DNA of 51,242 nucleotides from an uncultured Gemmatimonadota bacterium (GCA_964576115.1 CAZNUA010000024.1:1-51242), one strand, 5' to 3'. Shown: positions 1 to 8,280, numbered from the stretch's first letter. Translations and numbers: made by a program. Notes: generated by a model from the sequence alone, not told the origin.

Positions 1-6
1 GCCGTC

Positions 7-35
7 TTGACACGAAGACATCCCGTCGGTAGTGT
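7..35 (+). promoter_or_regulatory. putative sigma70 promoter of accA
   Basis: TTGACA (7-12), 17-bp spacer, TAGTGT (30-35), about 45 nt upstream of the accA ATG. Confidence 0.6.
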
Positions 36-79
36 GCAGCCCTGATGGGCGTGCCGGGGTGGTGCGCCCGATCTGTGTT

Positions 80-1045
80 ATGGACGAAAACGGACTAAAT
101 ATCCTCGATTTCGAGCGTCCCGTGGTGGAGCTGGAACGACGCATCGCCGAGATGCGTTCGTATGCGGCGACCGAGAAGATCGATCTCGATGACGAGATCA
201 CCAAACTCGAGAAGAAAGTCATCCGTCTGCGCGACGACGTGTACCGCAAGCTGACCCGCTGGCAGCGGGTGCAGCTCGCCCGCCACCCCGAACGGCCCTA
301 TACCCTCGATTACATCGAGCTGATGTTCACCGACTGGGTCGAGCTGCACGGCGACCGGGCCTTCGCCGACGACCATGCCATCGTCGCCGGCCTGGCCACC
401 TTCAACGGGCAGACGATCTGTGTGGTGGGGCACCAGAAAGGCCGCGATACCAAACAGCGGATCTATCGCAACTTCGGCCAGGCAAGGCCCGAAGGATACC
501 GCAAGGCGCTGCGGATCATGAAGCTGGCAGCTCGTTTCGGGCGGCCGATCGTCACCTTCATCGATACCCAGGGAGCCTATCCCGGGATCGGTGCCGAGGA
601 GCGGGGCCAGGCCGAGGCGATTGCCGTCAACCTGCGTGAGATGTCGTTGCTCGAGGTGCCGATCGTCTCGCTGGTCATCGGCGAGGGGGGATCGGGGGGC
701 GCCCTGGGTATCGGGGTGGCCGATCGCGTGTACGCCCAGGAGAACACCTACTACTCGGTGATCACCCCCGAGGGCTGCGCTTCGATCCTCTGGCGATCGA
801 AGACCGAGGCCGAGAAAGCCGCCGAGGCCATGAAAGTCACCGCCCGCGATCTGGATGATCTGGGTATCGTGGACGGGATCGTTCCCGAACCCGAGGGCGG
901 GGCCCATCGGGCGCCCGAACAGGCCGCCCGGGAACTGGCGACGGTACTCCGCGGCGCTCTGCTCGAACTCGGCCGGCTCTCCCCCGAAGAACTCGTGGAC
1001 CGGCGGATCGAAAAATACGCCCGTATCGGGGTCTTCGCGGAATAA
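80..1045 (+). CDS. accA: acetyl-CoA carboxylase carboxyltransferase subunit alpha
   Basis: [67 protein letters not shown] and [14 protein letters not shown] are AccA motifs; start moved to ATG 80 (MDENG...). Confidence 0.97.
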   Translation: MDENGLNILDFERPVVELERRIAEMRSYAATEKIDLDDEITKLEKKVIRLRDDVYRKLTRWQRVQLARHPERPYTLDYIELMFTDWVELHGDRAFADDHAIVAGLATFNGQTICVVGHQKGRDTKQRIYRNFGQARPEGYRKALRIMKLAARFGRPIVTFIDTQGAYPGIGAEERGQAEAIAVNLREMSLLEVPIVSLVIGEGGSGGALGIGVADRVYAQENTYYSVITPEGCASILWRSKTEAEKAAEAMKVTARDLDDLGIVDGIVPEPEGGAHRAPEQAARELATVLRGALLELGRLSPEELVDRRIEKYARIGVFAE

Positions 1046-1056
1046 AGGAACCGCTC

Positions 1057-1224
1057 ATGCCCCTGCCCGACGAATTGCTCGAGATTCTGGTCTGCCCGCG
1101 CTGCCGGGGGCCGCTCGAGTACCGTTCCGAAACCGACGACCTGGCCTGCGAAGCCTGCCGCCTGCGCTACCGGATCGAGGCGGACATTCCTGTCATGCTG
1201 GTCGATGAGGCCGAACCGTACTGA
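1057..1224 (+). CDS. Trm112/YcaR (UPF0434) family small zinc-ribbon protein, 55 aa
   Basis: Hand translation MPLPDELLEILVCPRCRGPLEYRSETDDLACEACRLRYRIEADIPVMLVDEAEPY; LLEILVCP.C...C..C.L.Y.I...IPVMLVDEA signature; AAGGA RBS upstream; below the ORF-track size cut-off. Confidence 0.93.
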   Translation: MPLPDELLEILVCPRCRGPLEYRSETDDLACEACRLRYRIEADIPVMLVDEAEPY

Positions 1225-1272
1225 TATCCCGGCCTGATATCCCTGCCTGACATTCCGGCCTGATATCCCCGC
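1221..1272. repeat. tandem direct repeat, 4 x 13 bp (consensus CTGATATCCCGGC)
   Basis: Units CTGATATCCCGGC (1221), CTGATATCCCTGC (1234), CTGACATTCCGGC (1247), CTGATATCCCCGC (1260). Confidence 0.9.
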
Positions 1273-1282
1273 CCGCACCGTA

Positions 1283-1311
1283 TTGACACAGCCTTTTCCA
1301 GGACCTACACT
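1283..1311 (+). promoter_or_regulatory. sigma70 promoter of the PorV-like operon
   Basis: Perfect -35 TTGACA (1283-1288), 17-bp spacer, -10 TACACT (1306-1311). Confidence 0.75.
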
Positions 1312-1327
1312 TGAGCTATCAACCTTC

Positions 1328-1454
1328 ACCCCCTGCACGAGGCTGCCTGGAGCCCATTGAGCGCGAGACAGTGACATGGCCGGCCGGCCCGACCCCCGTC
1401 GGGTAAGGCGGGAAGGGGTGTCTTTCCCCCGCGGTGCGGCCGATAGCAGGGGGT
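1328..1454 (+). promoter_or_regulatory. candidate structured 5' leader RNA
   Basis: Closing helix ACCCCCTGC (1328-1336)/GCAGGGGGT (1446-1454) covers the SD; inner hairpins CCCGAC-CCCC-GTCGGG and GGGAAGG...CTTTCCC; CGGCCG/CGGCCG helix. Confidence 0.35.
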
Positions 1455-1460
1455 ATCCCC

Positions 1461-2498
1461 ATGAAGAGCAGATCCCCGATCCTGATCGCGACGGCGTTTC
1501 TGCTGTTGCTGCCCGTCACGGCCGCAGCCCAGGTATCGAACGCCGGAGTGATATTCCTCACGATCGAGCCGGGTGCGCGCAATGCGGGTATCGGCGGCGC
1601 CGGGGTGGCCCTGGGGGCCGACTCGGGTCCGACCGCCAGCTTCTACAATCCGGCCGCCCTGGCGTTCATTCCCGGTACCACCCTGACCGGTATGCACAAC
1701 AAGGCGCTGCCCGAACTGGTGGATGACTTCTACTACGAGTTTCTCGGCGGCACCCATTCGCTCGGTCAGGCCGGGGGGATCGGGGCCAACATCACCTTCT
1801 ATTCCTACGGCAGTCAGTTGCGGACCGACGGTTCGGGGAACGAACTCGGTACTATCGAAAGTTACGATCTGGCCGCTTCGGCTTCCTACGGGGTGAAGAT
1901 CAAGAACAACCTCTCTATCGGCGGCACCTTCAAGGTCATCTATTCCAATCTCAGTCCGGTCGGTGCCGAAGCCGAAAAGGGCGACGGTCGGGCTTTCACC
2001 TTCGCGATCGATGCCGGCCTGCTCTTCACCGATATCCTGCCTCGCCTCAATCTGGGGCTGGTGTGGCAGAACGTCGGACCCGACATCGCCTATGTGGATC
2101 GCGATCAGGCCGATCCCCTGCCACAGAACCTGCGGGTGGGTCTGGCCTGGCAGGCGCTGCAGGCTTCCCAGCACAGCCTGACCCTCGTCTATGATGCCTA
2201 TAAGTCGCTGGCCCAGCGCAAGCAGTCCTTTCTGGTGAGCGCCATCTTCGGGTTGACCGACGACCGGGCCCGTGAGGAACTGGAACAGATCGTGCACATG
2301 GGCGGCGTGGAGTACACCTTCGCCGAGCTGATCTCGTTGCGGGCCGGTCTGTTTTACGACAGTGTCGGAGTGGTCAAATACCCGACCTTCGGGGTCGGAA
2401 TCCGCTGGCGGGCGTACTGCTTCGACCTCAGTCACGCCTACTCGCCCGACAAGCCGTACTCGCAGGGAACCAGGGTCTCGGTCTCGCTGATTTTCTGA
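1461..2498 (+). CDS. PorV/PorQ (UPF0164)-family outer-membrane beta-barrel protein
   Basis: Signal peptide ending AAAQ; FLTIEPGARNAGIGGAGVA...FYNPAALAF N-terminal motif of the PorV/FadL-like clan; DPLPQNLRVG and GVEY...LRAG motifs; terminal beta-strand ending in F. Confidence 0.8.
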   Translation: MKSRSPILIATAFLLLLPVTAAAQVSNAGVIFLTIEPGARNAGIGGAGVALGADSGPTASFYNPAALAFIPGTTLTGMHNKALPELVDDFYYEFLGGTHSLGQAGGIGANITFYSYGSQLRTDGSGNELGTIESYDLAASASYGVKIKNNLSIGGTFKVIYSNLSPVGAEAEKGDGRAFTFAIDAGLLFTDILPRLNLGLVWQNVGPDIAYVDRDQADPLPQNLRVGLAWQALQASQHSLTLVYDAYKSLAQRKQSFLVSAIFGLTDDRAREELEQIVHMGGVEYTFAELISLRAGLFYDSVGVVKYPTFGVGIRWRAYCFDLSHAYSPDKPYSQGTRVSVSLIF

Positions 2499-2542
2499 CG
2501 GCGATGCTTGAATTCCACGCTCGTCGCCTGACAGGGCCCTGA

Positions 2543-5500
2543 ATGTCTGCCCGCTCCCTGCGCCGCCTCCCGGCTCTGCCGGGGGCGGTGAGTCTGTGGC
2601 TGCTGATTACCGCTCTTCCTCTCGGCGCCCAGACCTCCCGGTTGATTGCGATCGAACGAGGCAGTTCGAACCTCGGGCCGCCCGGACGGAGGGTCGAGCG
2701 GATGACCCTGCCTTCCCGGATAATGACGCGGCTGCATACCGGACCCTCCCGCCAGGCCCGCTCGCTCGGATACCGACCGGGCGATGCCGTTGCCTCCCCC
2801 GACCTGCCTGACACCATGCGGGTCCTGGTCCTGCGCCTTTCCTTCACCCCCGACGAGGATCCGGCTACGACCGGTGACGGCACCTTCGATCTGCGCTCGC
2901 TCGACGCCTTCACCGCTCAGGAGGAGCACCAGATCGACGCCGCTCCGCACGATCGGGGCTATGTCGAGCGCCACCTGCTGGCCCTGCACCACTACTGGTG
3001 GGCCATGAGCGGCGGCCGGTTCTCGATCGCGGCCGCCGTGTATCCGCGGGCTGACACTCTCGCCTTCCAGCTTCCCCATCCGATGAGCCGCTACGGCTTC
3101 ACCTCGCCTCTGGGAGATATCCTCACCGCCTACGAAGCTCTCGTCTCCGATGCGGTGGCGGCCGCGGAGGCGGGCGTCGATCCCATCGACTGGTCGGCTT
3201 TCGATGCCCTGGTGCTCTTTCATGCCGGGGCCGACTGGCAGGGCGATGTGAACCGGGACACACCGGCCGATCTGCCCACCGCCTGGTTGATGCTGGGAAC
3301 TCCGGTTGCGGCGGGGGGTACCCTCATCGCCGACGCCATCGTCATTCCCGAGACGGTCAGCCAGGACGGTTACATCGGGGCGATCAACGGTGTTTTCGCC
3401 CACGAGTTCGGGCACCAGCTCGGCCTGCCCGATCTCTACGACACGGCCGCGATGAGTCCCGCCGTGGGATTGTGGGCGCTGATGGACAGCGGCAACGAGA
3501 CCGGCGGTGTGCTCGATGAGTACTACGTCTGGGGGATTCTGCCCGCTTCCCTCTCGCCGTGGACGCGGATGTGGCTGGGCTGGACCGAGCCGGTCGTGAT
3601 CGGTCCCGGCGAGAGTACCGTTCTGGTTGCCTCGACCGCTCTCGACGGCGTGCATTCCATCCCGGCGGCGCCCCGGCTGGCGCTGGTACCGGCCGGCGAG
3701 GAGCAGGCCTTCCTGATCGAGCTGCGAGCCGACGATCTGGATGGCGAGCCCGACGTCAGTCTCTACTGGGAAGAGGGTGTGATCGACGGAACCGCCCGCC
3801 TGGAGGGGGGCGAGAAGGTCCGCACATACGAGTACGATGCCTTGCTCCCGGGGAGCGGGGTGCTCATCTGGCACCTCGATGCCGCGGTGGCGTCGGCCGA
3901 TCCCGAGGGCGACGGTTTCCCGGCCTTTGCGGATAACACCCTGCAGGCCGACCGGCTCCGCCGCTTCCTCGACATCGAGGAGGCCGACGGACTGCAGGAG
4001 TTGGGTTGGGTGCCCGGTTACCTGGGCGAGGCCAACGATCTCTGGCGGCCCGATCCCACCGGTCCGTCCCGCTTCGGGCCCTTCACCGAACCGGCCACGA
4101 CGACCTGGACCGGAGCCTTCACCGGCCTCGACCTCGCGATTGAAGATCATCCCTCGCCCCTGGCCGTCACGTTGCGGGTGACCGGGCAGGGCAGTTTCCC
4201 GGTCTGGACGGCTCCTCTTTCGGGGGGCGGGAGCGAGGTGAGCGTGCCCTGGCTCGTCGACGCCGACGGCGACGGTTCGGCCGTGGTGGCGGTGCTCGAT
4301 TCGGCCGGCGGTCTGCACCTCTTCGATCCCGACGGCACTCCCCGCGGCTCCAACCCGGTCTGGACCGCGCCCGCAGCGCCGGCCGCTTCGCTGACCCTGG
4401 CCGGATCCCTCTTTGCGGTCGTGGCGGGACAGCAGATCCATTTCGTCTCCGAAGAGGGCCTCGAAACCGCCGCCGTCGATCTCGGGCACCCGGTCGCCGG
4501 TCGGCCGACGGGGGAACGCTCAGAGGGGCGGGGTACTCTGGTTCCCCTCACCGGCGGCCTGCTGGTCGAAGTGGATCCGACCGGAATCCTCGATTCCTGG
4601 TCACCGGGACAGGTGAGTTTCATGCTCGAAACGGGTTTGAACTTCGGCCGCCTGGCGGCGACCGGGAACCAGCTCTGGAGCCTGCACCCGGGTGGTGAGA
4701 TGATCCACCTCTGGAATGCCGCCGAGCCGATCGTCTCGATGGCGCTGGTCGGGGTGGGGGACGTGCTGGCGATCCTCGACGCCGGGGGTGTCCTGACCCT
4801 GCTCCAGACGGCGACCGACCTGGAGACTGTGACCGCCCTTTCGACGCTCGCTCTGGGACAGGAGTGCGGTTCCATCGCCCTGATGCCGCTGCCCGGGTCG
4901 GGTCACCGGGCTTTCATCGTTCCGACCGGGAACGGGATCAAGGCCTTCGATGACGGCGGGTACTCTCTGGCCGACTGGCCTCCGCGGGCGGGGGGACGGG
5001 CGGCCGTGGAACCCCCGCTGCCGGTCGGAGTGCCGCTGACTCTCAGTAACGGTGTCGTGTGTACCATGACCGAAGCCGCCGAACTCCTCTTCTACGATCT
5101 TCATGCCCGCCAGCTCTTCGGTGGCGCCAGAGCGCTCCCTTCGGCCCCCGCGGCGGATCCCACCCTGGCCCGGGGGAGCGATGGTTTCCCCCGGCTGCTC
5201 GTGCCGGGAGTGGACAGCCTGCGGGTTTACTCCCTGACCTTCACCGATCTGTATGACGTCGAGGTTATCTGGGCCGGGCCACAGGGTTGCGCCGGCGCCT
5301 GGGGGACTCCCGGCGAATACTGGGCCTACCTGCCCTATCCCGAGGAATCCTGGGAGCGCACTTTTTACGCCTGGCCCAATCCGGCCCGGCGTCAGTGCCG
5401 GTTGCGTCTGGAGGGTTTCGAAGATCGTGAGGTCACCTTCCTGGCCTTCACCTCGATCGGAACGTCCCTCGGAAAGATCGGTGCCCTGACTGCGACCGGT

Positions 5501-5638
5501 TCCATCGCCGAATTCACCTGGGATGTGTCCGACCTGGCTCCGGGAGTGTACCGGGTCGTAGCCGAGATCTCTCCCCCCCCGGGGGTCGTTGCAGGGGGAT
5601 TTTCCCGGATGAAGACGAAGGTCATGGTCATCCGATGA
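2543..5638 (+). CDS. secreted M6 (immune inhibitor A)-like zinc metalloprotease with beta-rich region and T9SS type A-like C-terminal sorting domain
   Basis: LVLFHAG, FAHEFGHQLGLPDLYD zinc motif, WALMDSG, SPWTRMWLGW, GVLIWH; C-terminus FYAWPNP...FTWDVSDLAPGVYRV...KVMVIR. Confidence 0.82.
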   Translation: MSARSLRRLPALPGAVSLWLLITALPLGAQTSRLIAIERGSSNLGPPGRRVERMTLPSRIMTRLHTGPSRQARSLGYRPGDAVASPDLPDTMRVLVLRLSFTPDEDPATTGDGTFDLRSLDAFTAQEEHQIDAAPHDRGYVERHLLALHHYWWAMSGGRFSIAAAVYPRADTLAFQLPHPMSRYGFTSPLGDILTAYEALVSDAVAAAEAGVDPIDWSAFDALVLFHAGADWQGDVNRDTPADLPTAWLMLGTPVAAGGTLIADAIVIPETVSQDGYIGAINGVFAHEFGHQLGLPDLYDTAAMSPAVGLWALMDSGNETGGVLDEYYVWGILPASLSPWTRMWLGWTEPVVIGPGESTVLVASTALDGVHSIPAAPRLALVPAGEEQAFLIELRADDLDGEPDVSLYWEEGVIDGTARLEGGEKVRTYEYDALLPGSGVLIWHLDAAVASADPEGDGFPAFADNTLQADRLRRFLDIEEADGLQELGWVPGYLGEANDLWRPDPTGPSRFGPFTEPATTTWTGAFTGLDLAIEDHPSPLAVTLRVTGQGSFPVWTAPLSGGGSEVSVPWLVDADGDGSAVVAVLDSAGGLHLFDPDGTPRGSNPVWTAPAAPAASLTLAGSLFAVVAGQQIHFVSEEGLETAAVDLGHPVAGRPTGERSEGRGTLVPLTGGLLVEVDPTGILDSWSPGQVSFMLETGLNFGRLAATGNQLWSLHPGGEMIHLWNAAEPIVSMALVGVGDVLAILDAGGVLTLLQTATDLETVTALSTLALGQECGSIALMPLPGSGHRAFIVPTGNGIKAFDDGGYSLADWPPRAGGRAAVEPPLPVGVPLTLSNGVVCTMTEAAELLFYDLHARQLFGGARALPSAPAADPTLARGSDGFPRLLVPGVDSLRVYSLTFTDLYDVEVIWAGPQGCAGAWGTPGEYWAYLPYPEESWERTFYAWPNPARRQCRLRLEGFEDREVTFLAFTSIGTSLGKIGALTATGSIAEFTWDVSDLAPGVYRVVAEISPPPGVVAGGFSRMKTKVMVIR

Positions 5639-7071
5639 GAGGCCGGCGATACCGAATGCTGCCTGCGGCAGTCAGAGCGTTGCCGATCCGGTCCAGGGTG
5701 GCTCTGCTTCTGCGTGCGACCGCCCGGGGCTGCGTTCTGGCCGGACTCACCGCCCTGCCGGTCGCGGCTCAGGGACCGGTCGGGAACGCCGACGGTCGGG
5801 AGCTGACCCTGGCCCAACTGGCCCGGCTGCCCTCCCTTGACCCGTCCGGCCCGGACATCGCAGGGCAGGCCGGGGAGAGCTCGGGAATCGGCCGGAAGGC
5901 TCTGGCTTCCTTTCTTCTGCCCGGGGCGGGACAGCTGTTGACCGGGCGGGAGTGGGGCTGGGGGCTGATCGGAACCGAGGCGGTCCTGATCTACAGCACG
6001 CTGCATGCCCGTCACGAGGGACGACAGCTCCAGGATCGTTACGAGACTTTTGCCGATGCCTGGTGGGACCGCGACCGCTGGTTTGACCGCCTGAACGACT
6101 ACGCTTTCCTAACCGGAGAGCAGTGGCCCTACGATCATCACACCCTGCCTCCCGAGGGTGTGCGCGACCACGATTACTACGAGATGATCGGCAAGTACGA
6201 GCAGTTCGCTCCCGGCTGGGAGGATTGGACCGCCTCTTCCGATACCCCCTGGCTCGGTCTCTCCCGCCGCCGCAACGACTATCTGCGCCAGCGGGCCGAC
6301 GCCAACCGCCAGCTGAAGTTCTCGCTGACGGCCGGCGGGCTCATCTTCCTCAACCACGTTCTGGCCGGAACCGAGGTGCTGCTCTGGCACCGGTTGAGCC
6401 AGCCCGGAGGGGAGGGGGGACCGGAGCGGGCGAGGGATCCGGGACGCCTCCCGGCGCCGAGTGCCTGGGGAGCGGCCGGCCGCAGCCTGCTCCTGCCCGG
6501 CTGGGGGCAGCGCACACAGGGGCGGGTCGGCTGGGGGCGAACCCTCGGTTGGATCGAAGCGGCGGGTTGGGGCGGCATGCTTGCCTTTCGGGCCGCCGGC
6601 CGGTGGCGGGACGAGGACAGCCGGCTCTTCGCCGCCGAGCGGGCCGGGGTGCTCCTGGCCGGCAAGGACCGCGCCTTCTTCACCGCTCTCGAACTCTCTC
6701 CCGATCTGACGACCCATAATGCGGCCCAGCTCTCGGGGCTCGGCGATCCAGAAGCGTGCTATCCGGTCGGGGCCGGGTGGGACTGGCGCTGGGAGAGCGA
6801 GGCCGACTGGCGCCGCTATCGCCTGATGCGGCGCGATGCCCGGCACCTGAAAAACTGGGCCACACTCTCACTCGGGGCCGTGGTGGCGGGCCGGCTGGTG
6901 GGGACGGTCACGGCTCTTATTGCCGGAATCAGGGATCAGGAAGCCGGCTCGGGAGCGACAGTGCTCTCTCGGACGAACGCCCCCCGGCTCAGCCTGCGGC
7001 TCGAACCGTGGTTCCAGACCGGTCGAACGACCCTGCGCGGAATACGCCTGCGGCTTCATCGCCACCCGTGA
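5635..7071 (+). CDS. hypothetical exported/membrane protein with two related S-x-LLPG-x-GQ (DUF5683-like) domains
   Basis: ATGA overlap with the upstream gene; two modules begin SFLLPGAGQ and SLLLPGWGQ, each followed by a hydrophobic helix, an aromatic-rich loop and a second hydrophobic helix; true start may lie downstream. Confidence 0.65.
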   Translation: MRGRRYRMLPAAVRALPIRSRVALLLRATARGCVLAGLTALPVAAQGPVGNADGRELTLAQLARLPSLDPSGPDIAGQAGESSGIGRKALASFLLPGAGQLLTGREWGWGLIGTEAVLIYSTLHARHEGRQLQDRYETFADAWWDRDRWFDRLNDYAFLTGEQWPYDHHTLPPEGVRDHDYYEMIGKYEQFAPGWEDWTASSDTPWLGLSRRRNDYLRQRADANRQLKFSLTAGGLIFLNHVLAGTEVLLWHRLSQPGGEGGPERARDPGRLPAPSAWGAAGRSLLLPGWGQRTQGRVGWGRTLGWIEAAGWGGMLAFRAAGRWRDEDSRLFAAERAGVLLAGKDRAFFTALELSPDLTTHNAAQLSGLGDPEACYPVGAGWDWRWESEADWRRYRLMRRDARHLKNWATLSLGAVVAGRLVGTVTALIAGIRDQEAGSGATVLSRTNAPRLSLRLEPWFQTGRTTLRGIRLRLHRHP

Positions 7072-7364
7072 GTTCCATCTCATGACATGTGGCAGGGCAC
7101 GAGTGCCCCGGATTGCACGTTCGTTCTCATCCGTGCTGTGCTGTATCGGCACCTGCGGCGCTCGGGTTTGAACCCGGGATGGGAGAGGTTTCTCGAACCT
7201 GATGGGACGTTTGGCCCTCTCTGGTGGCTCATAAGGGTCTCTACACCCCTCATGGTATCTTGAAAGATATTAACATGGCTTTTTTCGCCGAAGTATCGCT
7301 TTTTCGTTCCCGTTAGTACTTAGATACACCTTAACAACACATAGAAAAAAGATATGAAATCTTC

Positions 7365-7394
7365 TTGACGTTCTTCGTGCGCAGGCGCTAATCT
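7365..7394 (+). promoter_or_regulatory. putative dcw (Pmra) promoter
   Basis: TTGACG (7365-7370), 18-bp spacer, TAATCT (7389-7394), preceded by an AT-rich tract. Confidence 0.5.
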
Positions 7395-7402
7395 GTGCCG
7401 CA

Positions 7403-7428
7403 GTGTCAAATTGTGGGGAAGCGTGGGT
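7403..7428 (+). promoter_or_regulatory. MraZ-binding repeats
   Basis: GTGTC, GTGGG, GTGGG at 7403, 7413, 7423 (10-bp period) between the promoter and mraZ, matching known GTGG/TGGG MraZ boxes. Confidence 0.65.
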
Positions 7429-7464
7429 AGTTCAGCGTTCCCGAGACAAAGGCCGGCACAGGCG

Positions 7465-7905
7465 ATGGCGGACTTCCTGGGACAATATACATACTCCCTC
7501 GACGAAAAGGGACGGGTCAGTATGCCCGCCCGTTTCCGCCGTCTGCTTACTCCCGAGGCCAGAGAGACGTATGTCATCACTTCGGGACTCGATGCCTGTC
7601 TCTTCGTCTATCCGCTCGATGTCTGGGAAAACAAGAGCACCCTGCTGCGCGATCTTCCGATCTCCAATCCCCGCAGCCGCAAGTGGGTACGATGGGTGGC
7701 TTCGAACGCCGTCCCCTCTACCTGCGACAGCCAGGGGAGGATCACCATTCCGCCGCATCTGCAGCGCTGGGCGAGGCTGGAGAAGGAAACCCTGATCAGC
7801 GGTGCTCTCGATCGCATCGAAATCTGGAACCCGGAGGTCTTCGCGGCCTACACCTCCGGCATCGAAGACGAATTCGAAGAACTCGCTGAGGATGTTCTCT
7901 TCTGA
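7465..7905 (+). CDS. mraZ: division/cell wall cluster transcriptional repressor MraZ
   Basis: FLGQYTYSLDEKGRVSMPARFR, GLDACLFVYP, DSQGRITIP, DRIEIWN; first gene of the dcw cluster. Confidence 0.96.
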   Translation: MADFLGQYTYSLDEKGRVSMPARFRRLLTPEARETYVITSGLDACLFVYPLDVWENKSTLLRDLPISNPRSRKWVRWVASNAVPSTCDSQGRITIPPHLQRWARLEKETLISGALDRIEIWNPEVFAAYTSGIEDEFEELAEDVLF

Positions 7906-7929
7906 GTAGTCAGACAAAGGCAGGTGTGC

Positions 7930-8280
7930 ATGACAAGTAGCGAGGAAGAAATCCGCGGTGTCCGGATCCTTCATCTGGCCGGCGACATCAGTGCCATGGC
8001 CATGGTGGATCTCGACAACCTCCTGCAGAAGCACCAGGAGAATCACGTCCGGCGGTTGGTCCTCGACTTCAATGAGGTGGGCGACATCAACTACCGCGGA
8101 GTGGGCCTGCTGAGCGAAAGGGCTTTCCGCATCCGCGGTGTGGGGGGGGAAGTGAAGGTAGCGGGGTTGCACGGCACGGTTGCAGATGCCTTCCAGTTCG
8201 TGGGTGCCGATCGCCTGATCGACATCTATGACAGTCCGCGGGAAGCGCTGGCGAGTTTCGGCGTCCAGATGGGGGCCTGA
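7930..8280 (+). CDS. STAS domain (anti-sigma-factor antagonist-like) protein, 116 aa
   Basis: ILHLAGDI...RLVLDFNEVGDINYRGVGLL...GGEVKVAGL...FQFVGADRLIDIYDSPREALASF follows the SpoIIAA/RsbV pattern; AAGG RBS-like upstream. Confidence 0.85.
   Translation: MTSSEEEIRGVRILHLAGDISAMAMVDLDNLLQKHQENHVRRLVLDFNEVGDINYRGVGLLSERAFRIRGVGGEVKVAGLHGTVADAFQFVGADRLIDIYDSPREALASFGVQMGA

Noticed and set aside
1221-1272. CRISPR array
   Set aside because: Units are 13 bp, directly adjacent with no spacers, and no cas genes are present
1312-1460. Known riboswitch, SRP RNA or 6S RNA
   Set aside because: Conserved cores of cobalamin, TPP, SAM, FMN and SRP (TCAGG...GGAAG..AGCAG) are not found; kept only as an unknown structured-leader candidate
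2438-4489. Long antisense ORFs (e.g. 2438-4489, 12914-15886, 19465-21024, 30249-32699, 41066-43237)
   Set aside because: They mirror well-supported genes on the opposite strand and lack motifs; such shadow ORFs are expected from high-GC codon bias
7072-7360. RNase P RNA or another known ncRNA upstream of mraZ
   Set aside because: No GAGGAAAGTCC or terminal P4 signature on either strand; only short GC hairpins (GGGCAC-GA-GTGCCC, CGGGTT-TG-AACCCG)
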